Shown here in pieces: positions 9,998-20,679 of a stretch of DNA of 54,400 nt. Both the position numbers and the translations under genes were made by a program. This stretch comes from a virus (lineage: Duplodnaviria > Caudoviricetes): positions 1 through 54,400 of the IMG/VR virus record IMGVR_UViG_3300025087_000086. One strand, 5' to 3'. The notes under the pieces were generated by a model. The model searched no databases. It had not been told where the DNA came from and worked only from the letters and a program-made list of their open reading frames with translations. The stretch's first letter is position 1. Each line of letters opens with the position of its first letter.

Positions 9998-12900
9998 ATG
10001 AATCCTTGGGAAGAAGATTGGAGTTCAGTTGCCTTAGAGGAACCAGAGGCCCAAGCTACCGCTTTGCCTTGGGAAGAGGACTGGTCTGCTTCGTCTTTGA
10101 TGAATACAGAAGAGGAAGAGAAACTTGAGAAGATTAAAGAACAGCCAGTTACTTATCAACCCCCCGCTGGCATAGAGAGTGCCTTAGCTACTGCTGAAGC
10201 CCCAATAAACAGTGAGGATAAATTTAGCCGTACAGTACTATCAAAAAACGAAGAAACTAAATTTCAACAATGGATTCACTCAACTCCCTGGTATTCTGAA
10301 TATGTGCAGAGGTATGGTGAAGAGCCAGACTTTAACACCCCTGATTATGATTATCGTGGGGCTTGGAAGTCAGGCGTAAAGCCTGAGAGAAGTGAAATAG
10401 ATGGTCAATATCATTGGGGTAGTGTCAGGCCAGATACAGGAGAATATTTAAAATCAGCTAATCATCCAACTTTTTGGAAACAAAAATTCATAGAGAAAAA
10501 TGGATACGATCCTGATAAATCTCCTATTACTCTAGAGACAAAACCCAAACCAGAGAAGAAGTTCTATAGGAAAGACGACCTCGGAGAGTACCAGCGAACA
10601 CAGGACATCGGTTCTCTAGAGTTCATGTGGGATGATATTAAGCAAGCTCCATTTGAAATCGCTAAGAATATCGGTACTATACTTAAGCTTGGGGGTAATG
10701 TCTTTAAATCTGATGAAGGTATAACGTACAGAGAACAGAGAAACAAAGAAAAACCAGGGACATTCACTGCTGCTCAGACTTATGTAGGTGGAGCAATAAC
10801 TGAAAGCATAGACAAAGTAGCATCTATAGCAGAGAAACTTGGGACTACTGCGACTGATTACTACAGGAATAAGTCAGAAGAGATTCAACAAGTTGCTGCT
10901 GTGTATCCCCATATCTGGGAGAACCCAGCTCAGCTAGTTGATCCGAAATATATTGCCAGTACTCTGATCCCAACATTCCGTGATATGGGTGTAGCCTATG
11001 CTGCTGCGTCCTTGACCGGGGGTATTGCTGCTCCTCTGGTTTTCGGTACTGTCATGGGTGCCGAGACAGCATTGCCCAACTACGAAGAGAACATTCGTAA
11101 AGGCATGGACCCAACGCTTGCTGGGCAGACTTTTGCTACTCAGTTCGTAGTGACATCTGTACTTAACTCTTCATTCGTAGCGAAATCCCTAGGACTTGGA
11201 GATGACGCATTTAAAGGAGTAGCCACTAGAAAAGGGGTCTCTGGTAATATTCTCTCTCGCTTAGAGGCTGGAGCCCATGCTGGTCTAAGGGAAATGCCAG
11301 TTGAGTACTTGGATGAGGTAACTCAGAACACTACAAATCTAGTCGCTACAAAGATGGATGAGGGAAAAGACCTCAAGACAGTAGCTCAAGAAACCAGTAA
11401 AGAATTACCAAGTATCTTTCTTAATGCACTTGATGTAATCCCCGCTGCTGGTGTATCCGCTGGTGGTATTGCTACTGCTGCATACAGACCAGGGACCAAA
11501 GATGATCCAGAAACTTCCAAGGAGAACAGGCAGACTGAAGCGGCTATAGACAAAGTATTGGAAGATGCTGGAATCCCAGGGAAACAAGAGAATTCTTACC
11601 AAGATTCAATGAGTCTCTCTGGCTCTCAGGTGTTCGGTATTACCTCAACCTACACTTCCAGTAATGTTCCGTTTGGTCTAGACTTACCAGAGACACCTAA
11701 GCCAGAACCTAAGGCATCTGGAGCAGAAGTCGCCTTCGGCCAAGTTGGGATATCACAAGGAGACCTTAGTGGTGGAGCTGCTGTGTTTACCGAGGGTGGT
11801 GGGCTTCGAGTCTCTAACCAAGGGACTGTACAAGAAGTTGCAGAAAGTGCAACTGTTAGTACACCAGCCGCCCCTGAGACTACACCAGCTACCCAAGTAT
11901 CAGAAGCATCACCAGAGACCCCAGTGGCATCTCCAGTTCCAATTGAGACTCCTGCGGCTACCCCCGTAGCTGTTCCACAGGAAACTGCTCCTAGCCCTCT
12001 TGTAGCCCCTGGAATCCCTACTCCCTCTGAGACGCCCAGTGCTTCAGAGGTCCCTAGTGTTCCAGTGTCTCCAGAGACAACTTCGGTACTCTCCCCCAAA
12101 GCCAAACCTGCTGCATCTCTCTCTGAAGAACAGAGAATAGCCCAGGAAACAGTAGCTAAGGAGTCAGAGATAGCTAAGGCGTTCATAGAAGGCGGCATAG
12201 ACTCTCTGTATGCTACAGTGGATTCACTGTATAAGCAGAGGATCTCTTCGTACAATAAGCTAGATGTAACTGGGAAGTCTCGGGTTAAGAAACCTAGTAA
12301 GCGGGGCATTTATGACGAGTTGATCCAAGAAGCAGAAGCAGAGAGGATTGCTGCTGGGTATAATGAGAACTTCAAAGTAGTGGCTGAAGAGGTTGCTGAA
12401 GAAGTGCTGGGTAACGAGGCTCCCTCTGCTGTAAAAAAAGAGAAACGAGGAAAGCTTGTCTGGTCTACTAAAGAGGACGGGGTAGACACGGCTACTGATG
12501 GTACCAGTAACTACTACATAACCAAGAACACTAAGCCCGATGGAACAAACGAGGAGGGTTACATTCTGTGGAAAGGCAAAGAGAATGTAGGCGTCTTCGG
12601 TTCCAAACGAGCAGCTAAGATGTCGTTGGTTCCAGAGACCAAGTTCGAGATCAAACGAGACACTGGGAAATCTGATTACTTTCGTGTAGTGTCTACGGCT
12701 ACTGGTCAAGCTGTTATGCCTACTGGTTTCAAGAAGAAGTGGATGGCTGAAGAGTTCTTACGGAGACTAGAAGCTGATCCCAAGATGAACAAGTCTCAAG
12801 CAGCTAAAGAGATTAGGGAACTTAAGAATAAACCGAGTACTGGGGCCAAGGTATCTGGGAAAATCCTAGTACCCAAGACAGTTAAGACTGAGCCGGTTCT

Positions 12901-15900
12901 GGATACTGAGAAAGAAGCGAAGGAAGTCGAAGCCAAGAAGCAAGCTGAGATTAGGAAACAAGAAGAGGCTAAGGCGAAGGAAGCTGGTACTAAGATATCT
13001 GAAGAAGAGAAGAAACTCATAGCTGAGCGTCATGCCTACAATACTAAGCGAGCTAAGATTCAGAAAGAAGTAGATGAACAGAAGCGTTCTCCGAAAGACC
13101 TCTTGCCGACTTGGGAAGAGTACCAGAGGAAGCTGAGTAAAGCCCAGCCCAAGCAATTAGAATTAAAAAAGAAAGAACAAGAAGAGAAGAAAGCGAATGC
13201 AGAGAGGGAAGCTAAAGCTAAGGAAAAAAAGGAGGCTCAGGCTGAAGAGAGAGCAAAGGAAGAAGAAGCTGGAGATGCTGAGAAGACTATCACTCCAGAG
13301 CAGACCAAAGAGATCAAAGAAATCCCAGAAGATAAGTTCGAGAAACCCCAGAGAGCTAAGACTAAGAGTAAGATTATCCCAGTCACCAAGGGAATCAGGA
13401 CTCGATCAGTAAAGATTATAGAGACGCTACAAAGTATTCTAGGTCTCTCCGACTGGACTATAGTAGTAGCTGATATCAACCAATTCCGAGATATGCAGAG
13501 TAACAAAGCTGCGTCAGAGGACATAGGATTTAATGAGAACCTAGATAATGATGTGATTCTATTCCTAATCAGTGAAGGGAAAGACTACGCTATAGATAAA
13601 GACCGGAGTACTAACGGTTCTATCTACTCTTTCGTAGAGAACAGGCAGCTAATCCTTTCCATAGATGAGTCCAAGTTCGCTGGTATCAAAGGATCAGTCC
13701 GGGCTATGGGTATCATTGCTCATGAACTGGGCCATGCTGTAGCAAACCGAATCCTAGCTAACATGAATGCAGTAGATCGGAATCAGATTCTTGATAAGAT
13801 GATAGACGACTACTCTGACTACTATGCAAAGACCTTTGAGAGCCACATGAGACTTGGGGAGACTTTGTTAATCTCTCGAAGTGCAGCTAGTAGAGTTCAG
13901 CTAAGAAATCATATTGAAGAGACAATACTGGGGAACACTAGTAAAGATATTCCAATAGATACAATGTCTACTCCAAGTACCAAAGCTTACGTTAGCTACC
14001 TCACCAGCTTCAACGAGTGGTTTGCTGACCAAGTAGCTAAATATGTTGAGCATGATGTAGCAGTAGTGTCTAAGTTCGACCAGTTCATGAAGGGCTTTGC
14101 GGATACAGTACTAAAGGCTATTAGTATCATCAATGAATTTGCTGGATTCGATGTAATCCCAATGTCTAAACCAGCGGAGTCAGTAGCGAATTTTATTAAG
14201 GATATCGGTTCAGTTGCATACGGTTCAGACAAGGGACAGTTTGATAAGAGCTGGAATGAGAATCGAAAGTGGTTACTCAGGCAGCAACTAGACGGAAGAC
14301 AGAGAGCAGTAAAGCTAGCTGCGACTTCTTCGTATGTGAATAGCCTCTCTGACCATAAAGCTTATGTGGATGGGGTATCAGACTATGCGAGGGGCCACAA
14401 GCCAAAGAGCGCCCAAGTACCCGATAAGGACACTGGAGTACCCACGGACCCCTTTTATGATAACGATAATGCTCTTTTAGACGATCAAGGGAATCCCCCG
14501 TTTGTGTTCCATGGTTCACCAGAGATACTGAATGGGGCCATAGATACTTCTATCGGTAACAAGATGAACTACTTAGGCGCTGGATTCAATGTGACATCTT
14601 CAGCCGAAGACGCTTCATTGAATTACAGCGGAAATGGCACTGGGATGCTTTACTCCTACATGGTCAAGATGTCAAAACCATTCTATGTGAACGATAGTGA
14701 CAATGCTATGCCAATGCTGTCCAAAGATATAGAAGCCTTTATTCAAGGGATCAAGAAAGAGTCTAAGAAGTACCCCAAGGAAGTTAGAGAACGATTTAAT
14801 GAAATCGTAGGCACTTTACAAGAATCTGCCGACATAAATGAACCAGTGGACTCCACTGATATCTGGTCAATGTTCCAAGAGAATTTAGGTCAAGACTTTG
14901 GCATTTATGTTAGAGACAACGAGGGAGACAGGACTTCCGCTGGATACATATTGAATAATGTACTCAGGGATATTGGTTATGATGGAATAGTTCTGAACGC
15001 TGGAGCCGAGATGGGCTTCTCCGCTGGAGGGGATTCTATATTTACTGCTACTGGGATGAGTGGGATTACAGAGGACACTGTACACTATCTCATGTTTAAC
15101 AGCAGTGATCTGATAGATATTACCCAAGGAGTGGACTCTGAATCCAGTCTTCCGGGAATTCCAGATAGCTCAAAAGGGTTAGCTAACGAGAACATAGTCA
15201 CTTTCTCTGGATTAGGAGGAAGCATCGAGACTTCTGCTAAAGTGAGTTTCTCTAGTGTCTCCAGAGACAACTCAGCTACTACTAAGATTCCAGGGGAGAC
15301 TAGGTTACAACGTAGGAAACGGGAGCGCCTTGAAGCTGCTGGAGGTAATGCTGGCTTAGTGTCTGCTCAGACTGGACTCATTATGGAAACCGTAGAGGAA
15401 GCTAAGGAGACTTTCGCTCAGTCCAGATCATTCTCAGCTAAGCAAAGACGGATGGCTGAGCGGGTTCTGAACAACTTAAAGGACATAGTAAAGACCAACT
15501 TAGAGTCCGCTGCTGATAGGCTTGAGCAGATATCCCCTTCTCTGATGAGAAAAGTAAATAAGTATGTGATGTATGTGAACACTAAGAATGCAGATCATAA
15601 GAAACGAGTGTCCCCGTTTATCGGATTCGTCTCGAAACAGATGACAGCAGAAGACGCTGACTTGTTTGGCCTTTATCTCAGTAACGGTAAGGAGACTGAC
15701 TGGAAACAAGTTGAGAAGATGTTCGCTAAGTACCCAGGGCTAGAGAAGCACTGGAAAGATACCGAAGCTGTTCTTATGGAAATCCGTAAGGCAGCAGAAG
15801 AAGTGGGCCTTTCCATGGAAAACCTAGTGGACAACTACTTCCCAAGGAAAGTGAATGATGTAGACGGGTTACGAAGGTATCTATACGGAGATGACTCAGT

Positions 15901-17611
15901 AGGGAAGATCAATGATGAAATCCGTAGAGCTAAGGTCTATGCAGAGAAACACAGTATCCCGTTCACAGACAAAGACGAAGCTGACATAATCAACCAGATG
16001 ATATCTACTGGGAGATACTATGGACATCTCCAGAAACCAGGGGCTCTAAAGGAGAGAAACATTCAACGAGTGAATTCTGCCATGCTCTCTCAGTTCTACT
16101 CTCACCCAATGGAAGCACTAACTGCTCATATCTACGAGATGAATGAAGCCATTGGTCAGAGGATAGTGATTGGCCATAAGCTAAGGAAAGCTAAGATGGC
16201 TGAGCTAGTGAGACAGGAGAAGAAGCTTGAGAGATCAGAAGAGGGTTCTAAGGAGCGTAAGCGGTTAATAGAGAAGGTCAAGGGATTAAGGAATTACTTG
16301 TTCGACGTAGATAACAAGAATGAACTGAATGATTCCATAAGTAACTTCATTCAGGCTGAGATATCTTCTGGATCACTTAAGGGGAAAGACGCCGATGAAG
16401 TACTGACTATCCTCCGAGCAAGGATGATGGAGAAGGGAATCTATGGGTGGACTAATACAATAAGGAACGTAGGGCTTATTTCCACTCTAGCTGATTTTAC
16501 TTCACTCATTACTCAGAGCTCTGAGGTAGTGTTCTCTATGTATCGGAACGGAATGCTGAGATCACTAGCGGCTTTGGTACAGACTAAGGAGATCACTGCT
16601 GAGATGTTTGATCTTAGGTCAGCTCAGTATGAGTGGCAGCAAGAAGGATCAGCTAAGTGGGTCTCCAAGATTCTGAAACTCACTGGGTTCTCTGCTGCTG
16701 ACATCTTCATGAAAGAGTCCGCTATGCAAGCGACCCTAGGGAAGTGGAGATCAGTAGCGAGGAAGGGAGACGCAAAGAGCCTAACGAAGTTCAGGAAACA
16801 TTGGTCTCCTTATTTTGGGGAAGACGTAGAGACTCTATTAGTAGACCTCCAGAGTAACGAGGTTACTGATACAATCAAAGAGATGGCGTGGGCTGACCTC
16901 CTCAAGTACCAGCCACTAGATGTCATAGCTAATCCTATTGGGTACATGACAGGTGGGAGAACTAGGATTTTCTGGATGCTAAAGACTTTCCAACTTAGAG
17001 CGGTCAATGCGCTGTACCGAGAGTCAGTTAGGGAGGTGCAAAAGGGCAATGTAGCTAAAGGTATTAAGAATCTCATGTATCTCACGTTCTTGATGGTCAT
17101 GGGGGGAGCTGGGAAAGATGAGCTACGGGACCTGTGGCTTGGGAGAAAAACTGGACTCTCGGATCAGTTGTCCAATAATCTTTGGAGTATCTTTCTCATG
17201 TCGAATTATGAAATCAGTAACATAGGGAAATCTGGACATGGCCCTATGTGGAGCGTAGCGTCTAAGATACTCCCCCCTGATACTATAGTAGATACTATAG
17301 TTATGGACGTTGTTAAGACTGCCCAGGGGAAACCTACTTATAACACAATCAAGCATTTCCCGGTAGTGGGCAAGGTGTTCCACTCAAGGTTCACTGAGGC
17401 TGGGAGAACCAAGGAATCCGGGAGACAGAAGAGTCAGTTCTTAGCAGAGCTTAGAGATAATGTAAGTAACCCAAGGGAATTACGAAGGATTAGGAATCAG
17501 ATACTAGAGTACAATAGAGAGCGTCTTGTCTCTGGAGACAGAGAAAACATTATATCGACCACTAGCATTTCTAGGGTCATTAACGATGAAAAGAAAAAGA
17601 GAAAGGAGTAA
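9998..17611 (+). CDS. Giant polyvalent internal virion protein (zincin-like HExxH and ADP-ribosyltransferase-like domains)
   Basis: 2537 aa. IAHELGHA plus NEWFAD (about 13710-14045); VFHGS...LGAGFNVT...GYDGIV...YLMF (about 14475-15115); helical C-terminal ejection-type region. Confidence 0.7.
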   Translation: MNPWEEDWSSVALEEPEAQATALPWEEDWSASSLMNTEEEEKLEKIKEQPVTYQPPAGIESALATAEAPINSEDKFSRTVLSKNEETKFQQWIHSTPWYSEYVQRYGEEPDFNTPDYDYRGAWKSGVKPERSEIDGQYHWGSVRPDTGEYLKSANHPTFWKQKFIEKNGYDPDKSPITLETKPKPEKKFYRKDDLGEYQRTQDIGSLEFMWDDIKQAPFEIAKNIGTILKLGGNVFKSDEGITYREQRNKEKPGTFTAAQTYVGGAITESIDKVASIAEKLGTTATDYYRNKSEEIQQVAAVYPHIWENPAQLVDPKYIASTLIPTFRDMGVAYAAASLTGGIAAPLVFGTVMGAETALPNYEENIRKGMDPTLAGQTFATQFVVTSVLNSSFVAKSLGLGDDAFKGVATRKGVSGNILSRLEAGAHAGLREMPVEYLDEVTQNTTNLVATKMDEGKDLKTVAQETSKELPSIFLNALDVIPAAGVSAGGIATAAYRPGTKDDPETSKENRQTEAAIDKVLEDAGIPGKQENSYQDSMSLSGSQVFGITSTYTSSNVPFGLDLPETPKPEPKASGAEVAFGQVGISQGDLSGGAAVFTEGGGLRVSNQGTVQEVAESATVSTPAAPETTPATQVSEASPETPVASPVPIETPAATPVAVPQETAPSPLVAPGIPTPSETPSASEVPSVPVSPETTSVLSPKAKPAASLSEEQRIAQETVAKESEIAKAFIEGGIDSLYATVDSLYKQRISSYNKLDVTGKSRVKKPSKRGIYDELIQEAEAERIAAGYNENFKVVAEEVAEEVLGNEAPSAVKKEKRGKLVWSTKEDGVDTATDGTSNYYITKNTKPDGTNEEGYILWKGKENVGVFGSKRAAKMSLVPETKFEIKRDTGKSDYFRVVSTATGQAVMPTGFKKKWMAEEFLRRLEADPKMNKSQAAKEIRELKNKPSTGAKVSGKILVPKTVKTEPVLDTEKEAKEVEAKKQAEIRKQEEAKAKEAGTKISEEEKKLIAERHAYNTKRAKIQKEVDEQKRSPKDLLPTWEEYQRKLSKAQPKQLELKKKEQEEKKANAEREAKAKEKKEAQAEERAKEEEAGDAEKTITPEQTKEIKEIPEDKFEKPQRAKTKSKIIPVTKGIRTRSVKIIETLQSILGLSDWTIVVADINQFRDMQSNKAASEDIGFNENLDNDVILFLISEGKDYAIDKDRSTNGSIYSFVENRQLILSIDESKFAGIKGSVRAMGIIAHELGHAVANRILANMNAVDRNQILDKMIDDYSDYYAKTFESHMRLGETLLISRSAASRVQLRNHIEETILGNTSKDIPIDTMSTPSTKAYVSYLTSFNEWFADQVAKYVEHDVAVVSKFDQFMKGFADTVLKAISIINEFAGFDVIPMSKPAESVANFIKDIGSVAYGSDKGQFDKSWNENRKWLLRQQLDGRQRAVKLAATSSYVNSLSDHKAYVDGVSDYARGHKPKSAQVPDKDTGVPTDPFYDNDNALLDDQGNPPFVFHGSPEILNGAIDTSIGNKMNYLGAGFNVTSSAEDASLNYSGNGTGMLYSYMVKMSKPFYVNDSDNAMPMLSKDIEAFIQGIKKESKKYPKEVRERFNEIVGTLQESADINEPVDSTDIWSMFQENLGQDFGIYVRDNEGDRTSAGYILNNVLRDIGYDGIVLNAGAEMGFSAGGDSIFTATGMSGITEDTVHYLMFNSSDLIDITQGVDSESSLPGIPDSSKGLANENIVTFSGLGGSIETSAKVSFSSVSRDNSATTKIPGETRLQRRKRERLEAAGGNAGLVSAQTGLIMETVEEAKETFAQSRSFSAKQRRMAERVLNNLKDIVKTNLESAADRLEQISPSLMRKVNKYVMYVNTKNADHKKRVSPFIGFVSKQMTAEDADLFGLYLSNGKETDWKQVEKMFAKYPGLEKHWKDTEAVLMEIRKAAEEVGLSMENLVDNYFPRKVNDVDGLRRYLYGDDSVGKINDEIRRAKVYAEKHSIPFTDKDEADIINQMISTGRYYGHLQKPGALKERNIQRVNSAMLSQFYSHPMEALTAHIYEMNEAIGQRIVIGHKLRKAKMAELVRQEKKLERSEEGSKERKRLIEKVKGLRNYLFDVDNKNELNDSISNFIQAEISSGSLKGKDADEVLTILRARMMEKGIYGWTNTIRNVGLISTLADFTSLITQSSEVVFSMYRNGMLRSLAALVQTKEITAEMFDLRSAQYEWQQEGSAKWVSKILKLTGFSAADIFMKESAMQATLGKWRSVARKGDAKSLTKFRKHWSPYFGEDVETLLVDLQSNEVTDTIKEMAWADLLKYQPLDVIANPIGYMTGGRTRIFWMLKTFQLRAVNALYRESVREVQKGNVAKGIKNLMYLTFLMVMGGAGKDELRDLWLGRKTGLSDQLSNNLWSIFLMSNYEISNIGKSGHGPMWSVASKILPPDTIVDTIVMDVVKTAQGKPTYNTIKHFPVVGKVFHSRFTEAGRTKESGRQKSQFLAELRDNVSNPRELRRIRNQILEYNRERLVSGDRENIISTTSISRVINDEKKKRKE

Positions 17612-17618
17612 ATACAAA

Positions 17619-18125
17619 ATGACTTTAAAGAAAAGCCTTACAGTAGCTAGTGCGTTACTTTTATTCTGCACACTCTCCGCTCCATCTTACGGAGCACTGA
17701 CCTGTACTGAGAGCATCCAGCTAGCACCAAGTATCTCTTCTGTAGATACCAGGAAAGCTCTGGTTAAGTTGGACTGTGAATTTGATACGACACCAGGGAC
17801 AGCTACTCATACGATATCCCAAGTGACTATGGACAAGGTGTTTGGTTCTTATCTGTTGCTAGTGGGTACTGATCCTGGGGCTAACCCGGACACCCCTCCA
17901 GATGCAGCTAGTGTAGCGATTGCTGATTCCAGAGGTAAGTCTTTTCTCACTGCTGCTGGGAATGGGCTGAATTTAGTCCACGCTACAGCCTTCCAGGAAG
18001 AGTACCCAACTGGTCCCAATGGGGATCACTACCAGATTTCTTGGGGCCATAGGCTCACTGTGACGATTACAGATCAGGCTACTAACAATGCTGACTTAGA
18101 CATTTACTTAGAGTTCGTATGGTAA
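17619..18125 (+). CDS. Exported protein with Sec signal peptide
   Basis: AAGGAG upstream of ATG 17619; N-terminus MTLKKSLTVASALLLFCTLSAPSYGA. Confidence 0.65.
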   Translation: MTLKKSLTVASALLLFCTLSAPSYGALTCTESIQLAPSISSVDTRKALVKLDCEFDTTPGTATHTISQVTMDKVFGSYLLLVGTDPGANPDTPPDAASVAIADSRGKSFLTAAGNGLNLVHATAFQEEYPTGPNGDHYQISWGHRLTVTITDQATNNADLDIYLEFVW

Positions 18126-18130
18126 TCAAG

Positions 18131-18823
18131 ATGAAGAGATTTACTTTAATCCTTATTCTATTGACACTCTGGGCTCCAACTGCTTTTGCAGCAGGGCCTC
18201 CTAGTACTCCTGGTCTTTGCGTGGCCCCCATCCCCTACAACGCAACCACCTGGGATGATAGTACCTGCTATCCTACGGCTGGTGCGGTGAGGGATAAAAT
18301 CGAAACACTAAACGGGTGGGACTTTATTCTTGAGGACGGCAACGGGGCAGCGCCTACCACTGACGGGTACATTAAATACGATCGCACGGCTGAACGGTTG
18401 CAGGTTGGGGATGGAGCGGCCACCAAGGAGTTCTACGACCACACGGCCAATTCAACCACCTTTGCCAGCAAGTCCTTGCTTTCTCCTGATCCGATAACCT
18501 GCACCACCAGCGATGTACTCGGCACAAACTGTGGTGCTGGTGTGGACATGCGTATGGCCCCTGTTGTCCAGATCGAGAGCGGTACGGTTGAGCTGATGGC
18601 CGTTACTCAGGGCCGGGCCTGTGTGTTCTGCACCACGGCGGCAGTGTGTAACGTAGACCCGAACGTATCGGACAGATTCATCTTTGAGGGGGCCAGCGCA
18701 GGGGACGGCAAGAAGCTGGTAAGTGACGGCACTATCGCGGCCTACATCTGTTTCTACAAAGACAGTGCTGATGGTTGGACGGCGGTTGATAACCCCGGCG
18801 GTCACTGGTCGGCGGAGCTGTAA
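18131..18823 (+). CDS. Exported Cys-rich tail-fibre-like protein
   Basis: Signal peptide MKRFTLILILLTLWAPTAFA; fibre-type motif GYIKYDRTAERLQVGDG; 8 Cys. Confidence 0.6.
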   Translation: MKRFTLILILLTLWAPTAFAAGPPSTPGLCVAPIPYNATTWDDSTCYPTAGAVRDKIETLNGWDFILEDGNGAAPTTDGYIKYDRTAERLQVGDGAATKEFYDHTANSTTFASKSLLSPDPITCTTSDVLGTNCGAGVDMRMAPVVQIESGTVELMAVTQGRACVFCTTAAVCNVDPNVSDRFIFEGASAGDGKKLVSDGTIAAYICFYKDSADGWTAVDNPGGHWSAEL

Positions 18824-18824
18824 T

Positions 18825-19541
18825 ATGAACAAGATTAAACTTTTAATTATCGCGTTGTGCCTGATCCTACCTATCCCGGCAGTTGCTACCGGGGATTGGT
18901 TTACGATGGCTGCGGGGTCGGGGGATTCGGCTGGCGGATGTACTGCAAACCTGTACACGAATAGCGTTTTGTATAGCAGAGATATACCGTCTGGCATAAC
19001 TGCTAGTAACTGGAGCCAGGCCGGTACGGACGTTGCCGCATATAATGCTGTAGGCTTGGACGGAGATGCAAATACAGCATCAACTTTAACTGATGATAAC
19101 GCGAGCGGGATTGATTCTGTTACGCAACAGTTTTCAATCCCAAACGACTCAAACTATAATACAGTGCGAGTATTTATCAAAAAAGATTCAACCACAACAC
19201 GGTTTCCATCAGTAAAACTGCGACAATATTTCGGGACAGAGACAAGTCGGCAAATACAAATTAACACGCAGACAGGAGCAACAACTGCATTTACCTTTAC
19301 TAACGGAGCTGATGAGGCCAATAGTTGGGGCGACGGGTCGTGGTGGGAAGTGCTGTTATCGGTGCAGAATAATACGAGTGGAGCAACAAGCGCCCAACTT
19401 ACCGTTAGCCCTGCAAGCGGATCAGAGTGGGGGGCTGCTAGTAATCTGGGGCAAGGGGCTGCCATTATCGGAAACATAGAATTTTACAAGGGAAAAACAA
19501 TAGCAGAAATTAGAGGGCTTTGCCCTGTGTATCACCCATAA
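18825..19541 (+). CDS. Exported protein with spike/fibre-like carbohydrate-binding domain
   Basis: Signal peptide MNKIKLLIIALCLILPIPAVA; TNSVLYSRD...W...GLDG...TASTL motif resembles phage spike domains. Confidence 0.55.
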   Translation: MNKIKLLIIALCLILPIPAVATGDWFTMAAGSGDSAGGCTANLYTNSVLYSRDIPSGITASNWSQAGTDVAAYNAVGLDGDANTASTLTDDNASGIDSVTQQFSIPNDSNYNTVRVFIKKDSTTTRFPSVKLRQYFGTETSRQIQINTQTGATTAFTFTNGADEANSWGDGSWWEVLLSVQNNTSGATSAQLTVSPASGSEWGAASNLGQGAAIIGNIEFYKGKTIAEIRGLCPVYHP

Positions 19542-19553
19542 ATGAGGCGCAAT

Positions 19554-20051
19554 ATGAAATACATTATCACTCTCGCAGCAATCCTGCTCTTTGCAGTATC
19601 AGCGCAAGCGGAAACATTCTGCCAGTGGACCGGAATCGCAGCAACCAACTGCATCTCTGCCAAGCTCGGAACGGACGGACTCTACCGGGCAACGGTTAAC
19701 GGCGCAAAGAAAAACTTCAGCGAGGCACAGGCCAATGAGCATGGTTATTTTCTTGCTGAAACCACAGCCCCGACCTTCGACCCGGCAACCCATAAACAGG
19801 GAGCAAGGATCGAGTCGAAGCCAGGCAACCGCATCCAGTGGACCTATGAGGCCGAACCGTTAACCATTGAAGAGTTGGCTACGATTGCCGAAGCGGCAAA
19901 CTTGGAAGCTGAACTGCAAAGCCTTGTGGCATCACTGAGCTATGCTGATGTGGCAACTCATGTAAACACCACGTTCAGCGGACTATCAGTAGCGCAAAGA
20001 AGCAGCCTGATCAAATTGTACCGGGTTGTGCTGTACATGGCGAAGCGTTAA
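19554..20051 (+). CDS. Exported protein, tail-fibre-assembly-like
   Basis: Signal peptide MKYIITLAAILLFAVSAQA; EHGYF...PTFDPATHK...W...PLT pattern. Confidence 0.5.
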   Translation: MKYIITLAAILLFAVSAQAETFCQWTGIAATNCISAKLGTDGLYRATVNGAKKNFSEAQANEHGYFLAETTAPTFDPATHKQGARIESKPGNRIQWTYEAEPLTIEELATIAEAANLEAELQSLVASLSYADVATHVNTTFSGLSVAQRSSLIKLYRVVLYMAKR

Positions 20052-20440
20052 TGGACCGCTGGGACAAAATAGCCATAGCCGTAATCCTGGCCCTGCTCCT
20101 GGCCTTCTGGCTCCAGGGCTGCACAACCATGCTCCCTCAAAGCCAGCTCCAGCCGAACGTAAAGAAACACCTGGGCCGGGCACTGACCTCGGAGGAAGTG
20201 GATATCCGGGAGAGCATAGACGGAGCAGGGATATACTCAGCTTGCCTGAAGATCGGTGTCAATCCTCTGCTGATTGTTTGGGGGTTCCCGACGCTGGAAG
20301 GGTGTGCAAAGCGATGGTGTGGCGAGGATAAGCCTTGGGAGTCCGAGAAGCCATGTGTGTGCGAAATCCGGCTTGTTGCAGATTGTACGCGGGTCAGAAA
20401 ACATGAAACCAAACACTGCTATGGATGGGGTGAGTTATGA
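20051..20440 (+). CDS. Cys-rich lipoprotein with C-terminal HExxH
   Basis: Lipobox LQGC after a hydrophobic stretch; KHETKHCYGW. Confidence 0.6.
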   Translation: MDRWDKIAIAVILALLLAFWLQGCTTMLPQSQLQPNVKKHLGRALTSEEVDIRESIDGAGIYSACLKIGVNPLLIVWGFPTLEGCAKRWCGEDKPWESEKPCVCEIRLVADCTRVRKHETKHCYGWGEL

Positions 20441-20679
20441 GACTCGGCAGATTTTACGTCCCTAAATCACTGGTAGATGATCGAAACATCCTCCCCATTC
20501 TGCAAATGCTCGAACTGGTCCCGACCCGCGTACAATCTGCCTACGAGGGCTATATGTATGAGTTCGAGGGCACATCGCCACACTTCCCGGAGATCGGGGA
20601 AGGGGCGAAGGTTCCGCTGTATGAGGTGCTGGAATATAATGGCGAGCTTGTTATCAAACCGAAAGAGGAAGGGCAATGA
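20437..20679 (+). CDS. Hypothetical protein
   Basis: 80 aa, ATGA overlap with the previous gene. Confidence 0.55.
   Translation: MRLGRFYVPKSLVDDRNILPILQMLELVPTRVQSAYEGYMYEFEGTSPHFPEIGEGAKVPLYEVLEYNGELVIKPKEEGQ

Noticed and set aside
11650-12309. Long antisense ORFs (also 2896-3435, 18452-18997, 45510-46322, 47129-47671)
   Set aside because: Shadows of well-supported genes on the opposite strand, with no RBS or recognisable motifs.
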